Shown piece after piece: positions 1 through 43,406 of a DNA stretch of 64,000 bases. Each line of letters starts with the position of its first letter. Position 1 is the stretch's first letter. This DNA comes from Macrostomum lignano (taxonomy: Eukaryota), in NCBI GenBank assembly GCA_002269645.1, contig NIVC01000022.1:248001-312000 (forward strand), written 5' to 3'. Position numbers and translations under genes: made by a program. The notes beneath the pieces were generated by a model. It was not told the DNA's origin, ran no database searches, and saw only the letters and a program-made list of their open reading frames with translations.

Positions 1-48
1 GGCAAGCCGTCATGTGCTGAGCATGCTCACACGGTGTACAGCGCCAAA

Positions 49-500
49 CATTTGCTCACTCATTCATTCGCTCACTCACTCATTTGCTCACTCACTCATT
101 TGCTCATTCACTCATTTGCTCACTCACTCATTTGCTCACTCACTCATTTGCTCATTCACTCATTTGCTCATTCACTCATTTGCTCACTCACTCATTTGCT
201 CACTCACTCATTTGCTCACTCACTCATTTGCTCACTCACTCATTTGCTCACTCACTCATTTGCTCACTCACTCATTTGCTCACTCACTCATTTGCTCACT
301 CACTCATTTGCTCACTCACTCATTTGCTCACTCACTCATTTGCTCACTCACTCATTTGCTCACTCACTCATTTGCTCACTCACTCATTTGCTCACTCACT
401 CATTTGCTCACTCACTCATTTGCTCATTCACTCATTTTCTCACTCACTCATTTGCTCATTCACTCATTTGCTCATTCACTCATTTGTCATTTGCTCACTC
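49..500. repeat. 16-bp minisatellite (CATTTGCTCACTCACT)n in an NCX intron
   Basis: Direct reading; it begins immediately at the donor of exon 503-665. Confidence 0.95.
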
Positions 501-502
501 AC

Positions 503-16319
<15,817 letters not shown>

Positions 16320-17517
16320 CGCGGCCGCTGGGTCCTGGCGCGGTCAGCTGGTCTGATTGCTGCTGAGTTGGCCTGCTGTTGCTGCCAGAGCGGGGATTCT
16401 GAAGCTCTGCTCTGTCGGGCTCCCTGCGGGACTATTTTGCTTGGACTGGGGTGGGAGCGGGCTGCTGGACTGATGAGGCGACGGGCTGGAGCGAGGTTTT
16501 CACGGGCCGCATGGCAACCAAACCCTGTTGGGAGGAATGCTGTCACCCCCCCCCTGCCGCCCTCCACCCCGATTATCGCCGTTCCCTCGTCCCCCCCCCC
16601 CGAGCCCCACTGTCCCTGCGGCCCGCGTGCACGGTGGGGCCAACCAAATTTTGTCGTGCTTATAGCCAGGTAGCCTACTACCTGCCTGCCCGCCTACCTA
16701 CATTCTTCCCCTTCAGTCTTTCTCTCTTGCTCAAGCATCCCCACCCCGGCGCCCCAACAATGTTTGCATGGCAACGCAACAAGATTGGCTACCGGAGCTG
16801 TGGCAGGTGTACTTTGTCTCTGGCCTCCCTCCTCTGCCCCTTGCTCCTCCTCCTGGTTCTATTATTTTCTATTTTTCAGGCAACGCCAGTGCATAGCCTT
16901 ATGGGGGCGCAGAACAGTGACATTGGGATGCAAGGGGCCTGGCTACAGGGGAATGGGGTAGGAAAGGAGAAGTACCAGACGCGGGGCTTGCAATGCTGCA
17001 TAAGAACACGGGGTTTTTTGGAAGAAATTCAGTGCAAATACTTTTCAGGCTACACAATTGAGGTCTCGCAGAGAGAGAGGGGAGCAGAGAGGGGACAGGG
17101 GGGAATAGAGCTCAGCTCCTTTAGTACACGCGGAGAGAACAGCGCCAACAGGGTCCGCAGCTGCACTCCCATATCCTCCGCGTGGGCCACTCGCCAATGC
17201 AATTGTCGCCGTCTCCACCCCACAAGAGAGCTGCAGACAATGCGGACACTGCAGCTGGAGAGGCGGAGAGTGAGATTATGAGGCTTCCTCAGGCAGCAGC
17301 AAGCAACCAGAGCCTCTGCTGCATCGACCGCCCAGCAACTCCCCAGCCTCACCAACAGCATCATCACCGCCATCATCAATACAATGGCTTCCAGCTGCAA
17401 TTTTGCCACCCGGTGAGAAACGAGAGGCAGATTGAGGGGGGTGGGGGTTGACGGGCAGGCGGAAAGTTAGCGCTGCAGCACTCGGGGCAGCCGTGGCAAC
17501 CGCGTGGAAAAGCAACA

Positions 17518-17520
17518 ATG
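17518..17520 (+). CDS. HPD: Probable HPD first coding exon contributing only the ATG (intron 17521-22173)
   Basis: AGCAACAATG|GTAAGA has a good start context and a consensus donor in phase 0, matching the phase-0 acceptor ttgcag|ACT TCC TAC at 22174 to give M-T-S-Y-T-D-K. A weaker alternative ATG|GT exists at ~20896. Confidence 0.5.
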
Positions 17521-18255
17521 GTAAGAGAGGCCAGGCAGGCAGACAGACATGCAGGGATGGAGGAGAGAGAAGGCAGCTGCTTCAGCTTCCAGTTTTTTTC
17601 TTCTTCTAAGCCCCACCTTGCGACTTGCGGCACCTGCAGCGGAGCGGAGCAAGCAGGATGAGGCCGGGCAATAGTGTTCCACCAGAGCATCAGCGCTGCC
17701 ATGGATGCAAAACTGTGTCCATTTAGTGCGGATCTGCGTATTTACTAGAGACTCCCTGCTGCAATTTCTGCAACAACCCCCGCATCTATCGACGCCAACA
17801 ATGGCGTGGCAGTTTCTTACAGAGGGAATTTTGCATTGCTGCTGCTACTAAAGAGCCAACTGGCATGGCCAGAAATGAGAGCAGTTTCTCACTGTGGAAG
17901 AAACACCCGCAATTTCGTCAGCCACTATATCGCCCCCCGTCTGCTGAGGAGTGAGAGGGAAAAGGCGATTTAGAAGGATCTTAAAAGCAAAAATCTGAAA
18001 GTGCAGAGGCAGTGCATGAGGCTCTGTGTCTGCAGTTGCTGCATCAAAAAACACGGGCTAGTTTGTCAGCGTGCAGATTTTGGGACGATTTCTGTGTCAT
18101 TTTTAACAGCCTGGACTCAGGAAGCCACGTGCACTTTTATTGCTGCTCTCAACTGCACACTGCGCAGTTCCGTTGAAAATTTGAGTCTCACAACTCAACT
18201 CGGCTATCCTGAGTGTCACTCCCCAGACCTCGACCTTCGATGCAGCTGCACATGC

Positions 18256-19425
18256 AAGCTGGGTGTAGCTGTACATGTACTGTACATGTAAGCTGGGTGT
18301 AGCTGTACTGTACATGTAAGCTGGGTGTAGCTGTACTGTACATGTAAGCTGGGTGTAGCTGTACTGTACATGTAAGCTGGGTGTAGCTGTACTGTACATG
18401 TAAGCTGGGTGTAGCTGTACTGTACATCATGCATGTACGCGCGCATGAGCGTCAAGATAGTGCGGTTAGCGCGACTCTTCGCATCCACATCTGCAGAGGC
18501 TTCGGTCGCCTTAGGACTTGTTATGGTGCCTTTTAGGCAATCCTTTATTACTGCGATACATGTGTTATTGTGACTCATTAATATGTGGCGTCTACCTTAC
18601 TCAATAATTGATGTTCACGCTGCTATACATCATAGCTATAGTCAGTAGTCGGTACATAATGTGTATTTGTAACACAGCTATATAGCATTACACATGTATC
18701 AACCTTAAAAAGTATACTTTATAATTATGCGTAACATATGCTTTATACCGTTCATTTATGTGTATCGTTTTTAAGGTTTTTAAAGGTTTCTAAGGTTTTA
18801 AAGAATTACTAGCCGGGTCACACTAATGGATTTCCATGGGTTTCTAGCGCTCAATATTCTTAGAAATGTAAATATAAAATAAGCAGTCTTTGTTAGCCGG
18901 CCCAATTATTATAAGAACATTGAGTAGTGTTTCTTACCTAGTGAATAGCAAAATTACACAGTATAAAACTTTATTTCAACGTTTTTATAACATTTTATCA
19001 ACGATTCTGTCTCTGTAAAGCTCGAAAGTATTTTTAGCAATTCGAATAAAAAGTCTATTTTTACTCGTCAGATAAATTTTCGGCTGTTTGGTCACAGAGG
19101 CAGGCAGCACGCTACTTTTCAGTAATCATCGAGATCATGTACATGTTACGCAACTGCCAAGAGAAACTCAACGTTGAATTCATTATTAATTCTTGCGGCA
19201 ACAGGGGAAGTTCTAGAAACTGTACATGCCTCAGAACAATTGGACACCTGACAGGTGCATGTACTAATAAGCTGTACTGTGCGTTAGTCTATACCAAGCT
19301 ATATAACAGCTATATCAAGCTTATGTACATACAGCTACAACAAATGTCACCAAGCCTACATGTACACAGTACAGCTGCACACCCAGCTTACATGTACAGT
19401 ACAGCGCTACACCCAGCTTACATGA
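18256..19425. repeat. 28-bp tandem repeat (AGCTGTACTGTACATGTAAGCTGGGTGT)n at 18256-18427, with degenerate inverted copies at ~19350-19425
   Basis: 19381-19425 contains ACCCAGCTTACATGTACAGTACAG, the reverse complement of the unit. Confidence 0.8.
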
Positions 19426-20879
19426 GGCTAACTATATAGCTTTCTCCCGCAGCATAATATAATACCTAGCGGCATTCCTGTCCGAAGCAGACTTGATAAA
19501 CCCTAGCTAAAAAGCGTCGCATCTAATATGTACTAGTACACTATGTGCCGAAAACTTAAATCGTGCCATACTGTTGCAGTCGTGGGCCATCTGACCGCGA
19601 ACAGTACCTAAATTTAAAATAATTACTACATGTACATCTGCTACTGCAATTATTGCTGTTTGCCAGCTTGATGTTGATATAATTTTCATTTATAAGTAAG
19701 TCAGGTTAGTTTTAAAAATATTTATTTAGAACTTATTGATTATTGTTATTTCGCTTTGGTTGCCTATCTGGAGTTAAATTTTGTTATTTTGTTCACGAAT
19801 TTTAAGAATCTGAATCACACCTCCTCAGTTAGCAACTTATACGAAGTTCATATAGAACTTAATTAAATTAGTTCGAATAGTCTAAGTTACCCTCTTGTCT
19901 TGTTGTGGATCATGTGGATTGATCTTAAGTGTTAATAACCATGATAATAGAATCTTGAGTGGCAGAGTAACATGATAGATAAGCAAGGGTTCTATAGTGA
20001 CGTAGACGTAGTAATTAGCAAGCGGCATCGCGTCGAGACAGACGAACAGCTAAAGCAGCTGATAAGACAGTTGCAATGGATTGCAAGTTGTTGCAACTAA
20101 ATCAACATTCGTCTATAAATGCCTCAGTGACTCACCGTGTCGGTGTCTTAAATCTAGCAGTAATGACGTGTGATTTTATTTTGTTTTTAATACAAGTGAA
20201 GAGAAATGAATCCAGCTAGGAGTTATTTTAATTAGGGACCTGGTAGTCTAGACCTAGTATACACTAACACACTATATCATTTAATTTTAAGGCCTATCTT
20301 AATCTTATATAAATAAAGATAATCCTAGGCCTAATACAAATAAATAGAATGGCTAAAGCCTAAAACCTTTGCAAAATACCTTTAAAAGTCATCTTTAGGC
20401 CTATTAGTCCTAAATTTAGTAGTATATTAGAATACATAAGACAACCATAGAAAAGTCTTTTTAGGGCCTATTATTTTTGCTATAATCAACCAATGCCTTT
20501 GTCTTTAAGTTTAACCTTTTTATTCTTACATTAGGTACAAAATATAATTTCGCATAGTATTAAGTTTTTTTACTAGGGCAACTAGGGCTTAGGCCCCTAC
20601 TTAGGAGCAACAATGCTAGGTCTCTAAGTCTAACCTATTAAAAATAATAACAATATGATGTTATCAAACTTTCAAAAATATTTAATTAAGAAATATAAAT
20701 TAGGATATTTTATAATTATTCTTTACTCCTACAAACTAAGAAAAATAATCTTTTCTGTACTTATTAATATTAGTTTATATTTTGTTATTTATTTTAAATA
20801 ATTGCATTGCAAAGTTATTCATTTGCTAAAAACATTCTTATTTAGTATTTAAATTTGAATTTTTGCATACCTTTTGGCA

Positions 20880-21693
20880 TGGAAGTGCTTATCCCTATGG
20901 TATTATGCTAATTGTTCTAATTTTATTCACATGGATCCGTGTTGATAATTTTCTGTTTATCCCCACAGCAGCTTATTGAAATATATGTAGCTGCCACCAT
21001 TCAAGTCTGTAGGCTGTGTCACCCTGAGACAACCCTAAGTACTTCATTATCAATCATTATCATTAATCCAAATTGTATTTTGGATTTTTTAAGTCTCATT
21101 CACTTTGATCTTAGGGTTGTTTGGTTGTTCTAAGCAAAGCTGGCAGCTTAGCAAACATTTAAAATTAACCCTTTTAACAACAAAAAAGTTTTAACAAAAT
21201 ACTTGATACTATTCAGTATTCAGTAGTTTATTCGAAAAATTTGCAAAATAGTGAAAGCAGAAAGACAGTTTTGGCAAGCAACTTTTTTAGGATAAAAAAT
21301 GAACACACAATTAGATATACACTCTATAGTCATATGGATATGACTGAGAACATACGACAAACACTTGAAACAAAAATACAATAGAGATTTTTAATTAAAA
21401 TTAAAAATATAAAACTATACAGCATGCTAATAAACTACATGTAAATACCAGATACAGAAGGACCTATGGGGTCCTTGAACAGATTCATTTTAAGGTTCTT
21501 TATTCTAATGAGCTGCTGTGGGAATAAGCTGAAAATTATTGACATAGATCTGTGTGAATAAAGTTGGAATTATTGACACAGCCTACAGACTTGAATGGTG
21601 GTAGCTATTTCAATTATAGCTGCTATTGGGATAAGCTGAAAATTATCAACATGGATCTATGTGAATAATGTGAATATTAGGATAAGCACTTCC
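20880..21693. repeat. Imperfect long inverted repeat (arms ~20880-21030 and ~21505-21693), foldback/MITE-like relic
   Basis: GGAAGTGCTTATCC...ATTCACATGGATCC...CACCATTCAAGTCTGTAGGCTGTGTCA is matched in reverse complement by TGACACAGCCTACAGACTTGAATGGTG...GGATCTATGTGAAT...GGATAAGCACTTCC. Confidence 0.75.
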
Positions 21694-22062
21694 TATTTGC
21701 ATTGGCAAGTTATAAAACTCTCCTTAAGTTTATTAATAAAGCAATTATAATCATAAAATTATGATTGCTGCCAAAATGACTATTGCTTATCAACAAAGTG
21801 ATTAATCTATTATTAAAGTAAAATCAACTTTTGAACTTAGCATGCTGTTATAATCATTCAGTGTATCAACAATTTAAAGTATTTCTTCAAATGTTTTACC
21901 CATCCTTATATATAATGTTAAACTTTGAGCTACCACTATATTATTATTACCTTTTTTATCATTATGAAAGCAAGTTAGATTACAAAAGTGTTAGTCAATT
22001 TAAAATTCCTGTCAATTTGCCCACATTTCTAAAACAATATTAAACAGCTTCTTATTGATTAA

Positions 22063-25042
<2,980 letters not shown>

Positions 25043-25144
25043 GAATTCTCGCGGCTGCTGAAGTTATCAGAAAACTTTTCAGCTAAGCCTGTCTGGTGCA
25101 GGTGTTACTCGTAATTTGCTTCAATTTTTATCATCTTTTCAGCA

Positions 25145-25255
25145 TTATAGATTTTTTTAATTTCAAGTAATTGTCATTATAGGTTTTTTTAATTTCAAGT
25201 AATTGTCATTATAGATTTTTTTAATTTTAAGTAATTGTCATTATAGATTTTTATT
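25145..25255. repeat. ~33-bp AT-rich tandem repeat just 3' of the HPD stop
   Basis: ATTATAGATTTTTTTAATTTCAAGTAATTGTC, about 3.5 copies. Confidence 0.75.
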
Positions 25256-26199
25256 GAATTCGTAATCAGGCAGTAATTAGATTGGATTTTAGGTCGATTC
25301 CATAATTATGCCAATCGAGCAAATCAAGAGGCTACATGGTTGCTACCCATCAAGTGCTAATTCCCATCACCTGCAGCACAGTGACTCCGGGACGCTTGTT
25401 GGCGTAGGTACCGTGTGGGTTTGGTGATTTTTATTGCGATATTAATCATAATTCTTGTTCATTATTAATTTCTTTTTTATTGCCCATCTCCGTAGCGCAT
25501 GCATGCTCGTGCAGTTTTTTTAAACAAACAATGCAGTTTGATATTCATTTTACTGAAGTGAGCGCAGCTTTTTGTGCATTATGAATTATGAATTTTCTCG
25601 TTAGATTGACTGATTAACAGACATTTAATAGGGCAATAACGTATGGAATTTATTTTCAATATTCTGTATGCGCTACTTGCGATAGTAGAGAAATATACTG
25701 TGTGAGCTCGCCAATATATTGATTCATTTTCTACAGAACAGGATATGCTTTGCCATCTTTTGAAGCTATAAAATCAAGGCAGCTGTTGGTTCTCGATTGC
25801 TTTGTCTGATATATTTGATCTCTGCACTGATGTGGGCCACTTGCTACAGATTGTTCTTCTAAGGCTTTCAGTTACGCTCAAAACCTACTATAGCTAGTGT
25901 AGCCGTAAGTCCCTTGAGTCCTTAATCGTCTTCATTTCAAACCGATTTGTTTTCTGTCTGTTACCTGTATTCGACTTTCTAGAGGGCAGACCCTATTGGC
26001 TGGTACACGTATATTTCTTCTGCTCAACAGACGAGCTGGCGACAGACAAATTAAGTGCATGGCACCCATGGATCAGTTGGCGGAATGGGCGTAAGAGTCG
26101 ACCGCATTAACGTTAACGCTGAGCTAAAAGTACACACTTACTCATCAAAGCCACGGCCCCCTTAACTTTCATGATATTGCACACAGAAAGACAGAATAT

Positions 26200-26710
26200 A
26201 TGGGCCATAGACACCAACTCTATCACTATCTACAGTATGAGATGGGCCATATACACTATCTACAGTATGAGATGGGCCATATACACTATCTACAGTATGA
26301 GATAGGCCATAGACACCAACTCTATCACTATATCTACAGTATGAGATGGGCCATAGCCCATAAACACCTGCAAATCTATCACTATCTACAGTATGAGATG
26401 TGCCATAGACACCAGATCTATCACTATCTACAGTATGAGATGGGCCATAGACATCAAATCTATCACTATCTACAGTATGAAATGTGCCATAGACACTAGA
26501 TCTATCATTATCTACAGTATAAGATAGGCCATAGACACCATGTCTATCACTATCTACAGTATGAGATGAGCCATAGCCCATAAAAACCTGCAAATCAATC
26601 TCAATAATCTACAGTATGAGATGGCCCATAGCCCATAAACACCTGCAAATCTATCACTATCTACAGTATGAGATGGGCCATAGACACCAGATCTATCACT
26701 ATCTACAGCA
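26200..26710. repeat. ~30-52-bp variable tandem repeat with core CTATCTACAGTATGAGATGGGCCATA
   Basis: About 12 imperfect copies between the convergent HPD and VFT gene ends. Confidence 0.85.
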
Positions 26711-27026
26711 TAAGAATAGACCACAGATAAATTATTTTCGCCAGTATATGATTAGCAAAACAAAAACTTCGGTTTTATTTAGTCAAACCTTCTTGGCATG
26801 TTGAGTCACCGATTTTATACTGATGATATATACAATTAATGCATCATACTGATATTATGATAGATAATATAGAATCTGCATGTTGAGTGCTAAAAATATC
26901 AATTTTTGCACTAAAAAATTAAATTTCGATTTTACCGTCAGAAAGTTGCTCGGCAAAGCAATAAAAAAGCTAGATAGCTTTACTACCAAAGACTGCGTGT
27001 GTAAAAATGTGTCCAGCCAGCGACAG

Positions 27027-40380
<13,354 letters not shown>

Positions 40381-41092
40381 GACGGATGCTGATCCTGAGT
40401 CCGTTTAACAGAATCGAGTTGATGCAGCATGTGTAAACTGTGTAAACACCAACGTTTATACTTGACTAAACACAGCTGCCTCGCCAAAAACCTTGCAAAA
40501 CACAAATGTACACTGCCAATTGTTCGAGAGATACTATTGTGCGCCCGGTTATACTGCAGTGAGCGTGTTCTCGGCCGAGTTTCACAGATCTTATTGCACA
40601 GCATCTCTTGTTGGAATTTTTATTGGTCCTCTTTTTTTGCCCGCAATTTACAAATACTGCGCGCTGTAGTCTACAGGAAAATGTAGTGGAGTGAGAATTA
40701 AGTATCACAAAAATAGCCCGCAGAGTTGCGAAGTGCAACTCGTGAGTACATTCATGTATCTGCTATGTAGATCGTTGAATCTAATCAATTAGGCTTGTAA
40801 ATTGTCACTTTTCAAGGCTTTGAGAATCAGGTGTAGTAAAACGTAAGATCAGATCACAACAACTACATGTACGCTCGTACAAAAGTACTAAGTAACGTCT
40901 GATGCATACATGTATACTGTACTGTACATGGGCGTGCACAGGTATGTACACAGTCCTTGTCAGATTAATCTTGCGGACGATGCTGTCATTTATTTACATA
41001 CATATGTATAACATTTCATTGTGTGCACAAAATACATGTAGCTCGTACATGTAGTTCGTAATTAATTCCACAGTCGAAGCACAAAGCAGCCA

Positions 41093-43233
41093 ACAACAAC
41101 AACAACAAAATACGCTGTCATGATGGTAAAAGTCAGCGTCACAGGGCGCGCTTCATGGCTTGGGCGCGAACAAAGGCCGCGCCACCGGCAGTGTCCGGGG
41201 CGCCGGCGTCAGCCAGCAGACAGTCGACATAACGCCGAGTTCGCGCTTGACCTCGCCGGTAGGGTGCCTGCAGCGTGAGCAGCAGCACCTCCTGCACCGG
41301 CTGTGGGCAGTACGACTCGGCGCGGATGAGATGGCCTGCGAGCTGGAGTCGCCGACGGCGCAGTAGATCACTTGGACGTGGCAGGCCAGCGCGGCGATAG
41401 AGTGCCGCGTTGGTGACTCGCTCGACGCCGATGTTGAAGGCGGCGCGCAGCAGACCAGCGTGCGCCGCATCGACTTGCTGTTCGAGTGAGTCCGTCAGCG
41501 TCCAGGTCTCGGCGTTGTACAGCAGGACGGTCTCGATTACCGCCTGGAACAGCGCCGCCCTCTGGCGGTCCGGTAGGGCCTCGGACTGCAGGACTGCCCT
41601 CACAGAACGAAAGGCAGCCCAGGCAAGCCCGCGGCGGCGTCGCAGGTCCTCGCGAGCGTCTGGAACCAGACCGCCGAGGTAGACGAACTGCTGACATCGC
41701 GGGAGTTCGGTCGCCTGCCCGTCAGCGCCTCGGCAAAATATTGCAGCCTCGATGTCGTCCGGCACGCAGAGCACAACGGTCTTCTGCGTGTTGACCACCA
41801 GGCCGACACTCGCCGCAACGGCAACCAGCCTGTCCAGCTGCCGTTGGGCGCCCTCGACGGTCGAGGACAGCAGGGCGAGGTCGTCGGCGTAGCCAAGCAC
41901 GCTGAGCCGCTTTTCCGGTTGACGTCGACCCACGCGTCGCTGCAGCAGAAAACCGTCGTCGTCGGTAGGAAGAGCAGTCCGCAGCACCCAGTCAAGCACC
42001 AGGACGAACAGAAACGGCGCCAGCGTATCTCCCTGAAGCACTCCGGAGGATGTCTCAAAGGAGTCCGATAGGCCGTCCGGTGTTGTCACAGCAGCTGTCG
42101 TATCACGGTACATCGCCATGACGGCGGAGATCAGCTGCTCAGGCACGTTGTACGCGCGGAGCACCATTGGAAGCACGGCTCTGACAACCGAGTCGAATGC
42201 CTTCTTGAAATCAATAAAGATTAAAATCAGTATCGACTGACGAATCCGCGCCTCCTCGATGACTCGGCGAAGAGCCAGGATCTGCGCCACTGTGCCGCGA
42301 TGGGGCCGGAACCCGTTCTGCTCTGGGCGCAGGTACGGATCCAGCACGGGCTGCAACCGCGAAAGCAGCATCCGGTTGAACAGCTTCGCTGCACAGGACT
42401 GAAGGCAGATGCCTCGATGGTCTTCAAGCCTAGTGGTGCCCGGCTTCTTTGGAACAGCGACGATGTGCGCCGTGGTCCATTCGTTGGGCGCCGCCTCACC
42501 GAAGAGCACGCGGTTCATCACTCTGGCGACCTCAGCGGCCACACAGGGGATGCGCAGCGCCTCGATGGGCACCTCGTCCGGACCCAGCGCTTTCCCGCCC
42601 GGTGACTGCTGGGCGAGCTTGACAACGTCGGCTGCGTTGACTGGGGCTACGCTGAAACTCTCCTCTGCCGGCAGCGGCGTCTCCGGCGGCAGCGTCAGAC
42701 TGTCTGGCAGCGGGGGTGGCGGCGCGTTGACGATGGCGGCGAAGAACTCGCGCAGCTCGTTCCTACGCTCGTCCGGCGTGTCACCAGCCAGGTTCAGCGG
42801 ATTGCGCCGCTTTCGTCCCGTCAGAGCGTTGATGGCGGACCAGGCCACGCGCCCTCTGGCATCGGGCCCAGCGGCAGAGACAGCCTGAATGGCGTCATCG
42901 ACAGCCGCTTGTTGGCGCTGCAGGTAGACAGCTGCCAGAGCTGCCTCTGCCTCGCGGGTTGGTCGCCTGCTCAAGCGGAGCTTCTCCAGATCTTCCCTCG
43001 CTGCCTGAATCGCGGGGTCGTCCTGCCAGACCGGCTGCCCACGTTGAGCCGGCTGCATCATCGGGACTGCTTGCTCCGCGGCGGTTCTGATTGCAGCGCA
43101 CACTTCCGCATACTCGGCACTTCCACGCTTGTCGCCCAGCGCGGTGTTAAAGGCGCTAGCAAAGCGACGCTGCGTATCGGTGGCTCTGAGCGCGCGGTAG
43201 TAGCGCCGCGGTGGCCGCTTCGGCGGACGGTAG
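41093..43233 (-). mobile_element. 5'-truncated RTE-like non-LTR retrotransposon (RT domain, ORF stop at 41139)
   Basis: RT motifs PKKPG, HRGICL, QNGFRPHRGT, IFIDFKKAFDSV, GVLQGDTLAPFLF, LGYADDL, FVYLGG, ETVLLYNAETW. (TTG)n tail at 41093-41106. 12-bp TSD ACAAAGCAGCCA at 41081-41092 and 43234-43245. No endonuclease or ORF1 remains. Confidence 0.9.
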
Positions 43234-43406
43234 ACAAAGCAGCCAGAAGTACGCAAACACCAACGTAAGGGAACGAGGCGCGCAAATTGCCATCAAGAAA
43301 GTCCCATATACATGTACTTGGGACGGCTAAAACAAATTTATTTCGACCCAAAAAGTAACACAAACGATCAAAAACAATTAACGGAAAGCGAAACAATATA
43401 TAAAGA

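Noticed and set aside
26162-26804. Repetitive ORFs (HTVDSDR.. / HYLQYEMG..) resembling repeat proteins
   Set aside because: They derive from a variable tandem repeat between two gene 3' ends, with frame-breaking unit lengths.
25100-27026. Possible 7TM exons that would make the VFT gene an ordinary class C GPCR
   Set aside because: No hydrophobic multi-helix ORFs seen; the region is AT-rich UTR-like sequence and tandem repeat up to the convergent HPD gene.
43234-43256. ATG start of the 705-aa RT ORF (MRTSGCFV)
   Set aside because: It lies in flanking DNA and the TSD, outside the 5'-truncated element, so it is not the native start.
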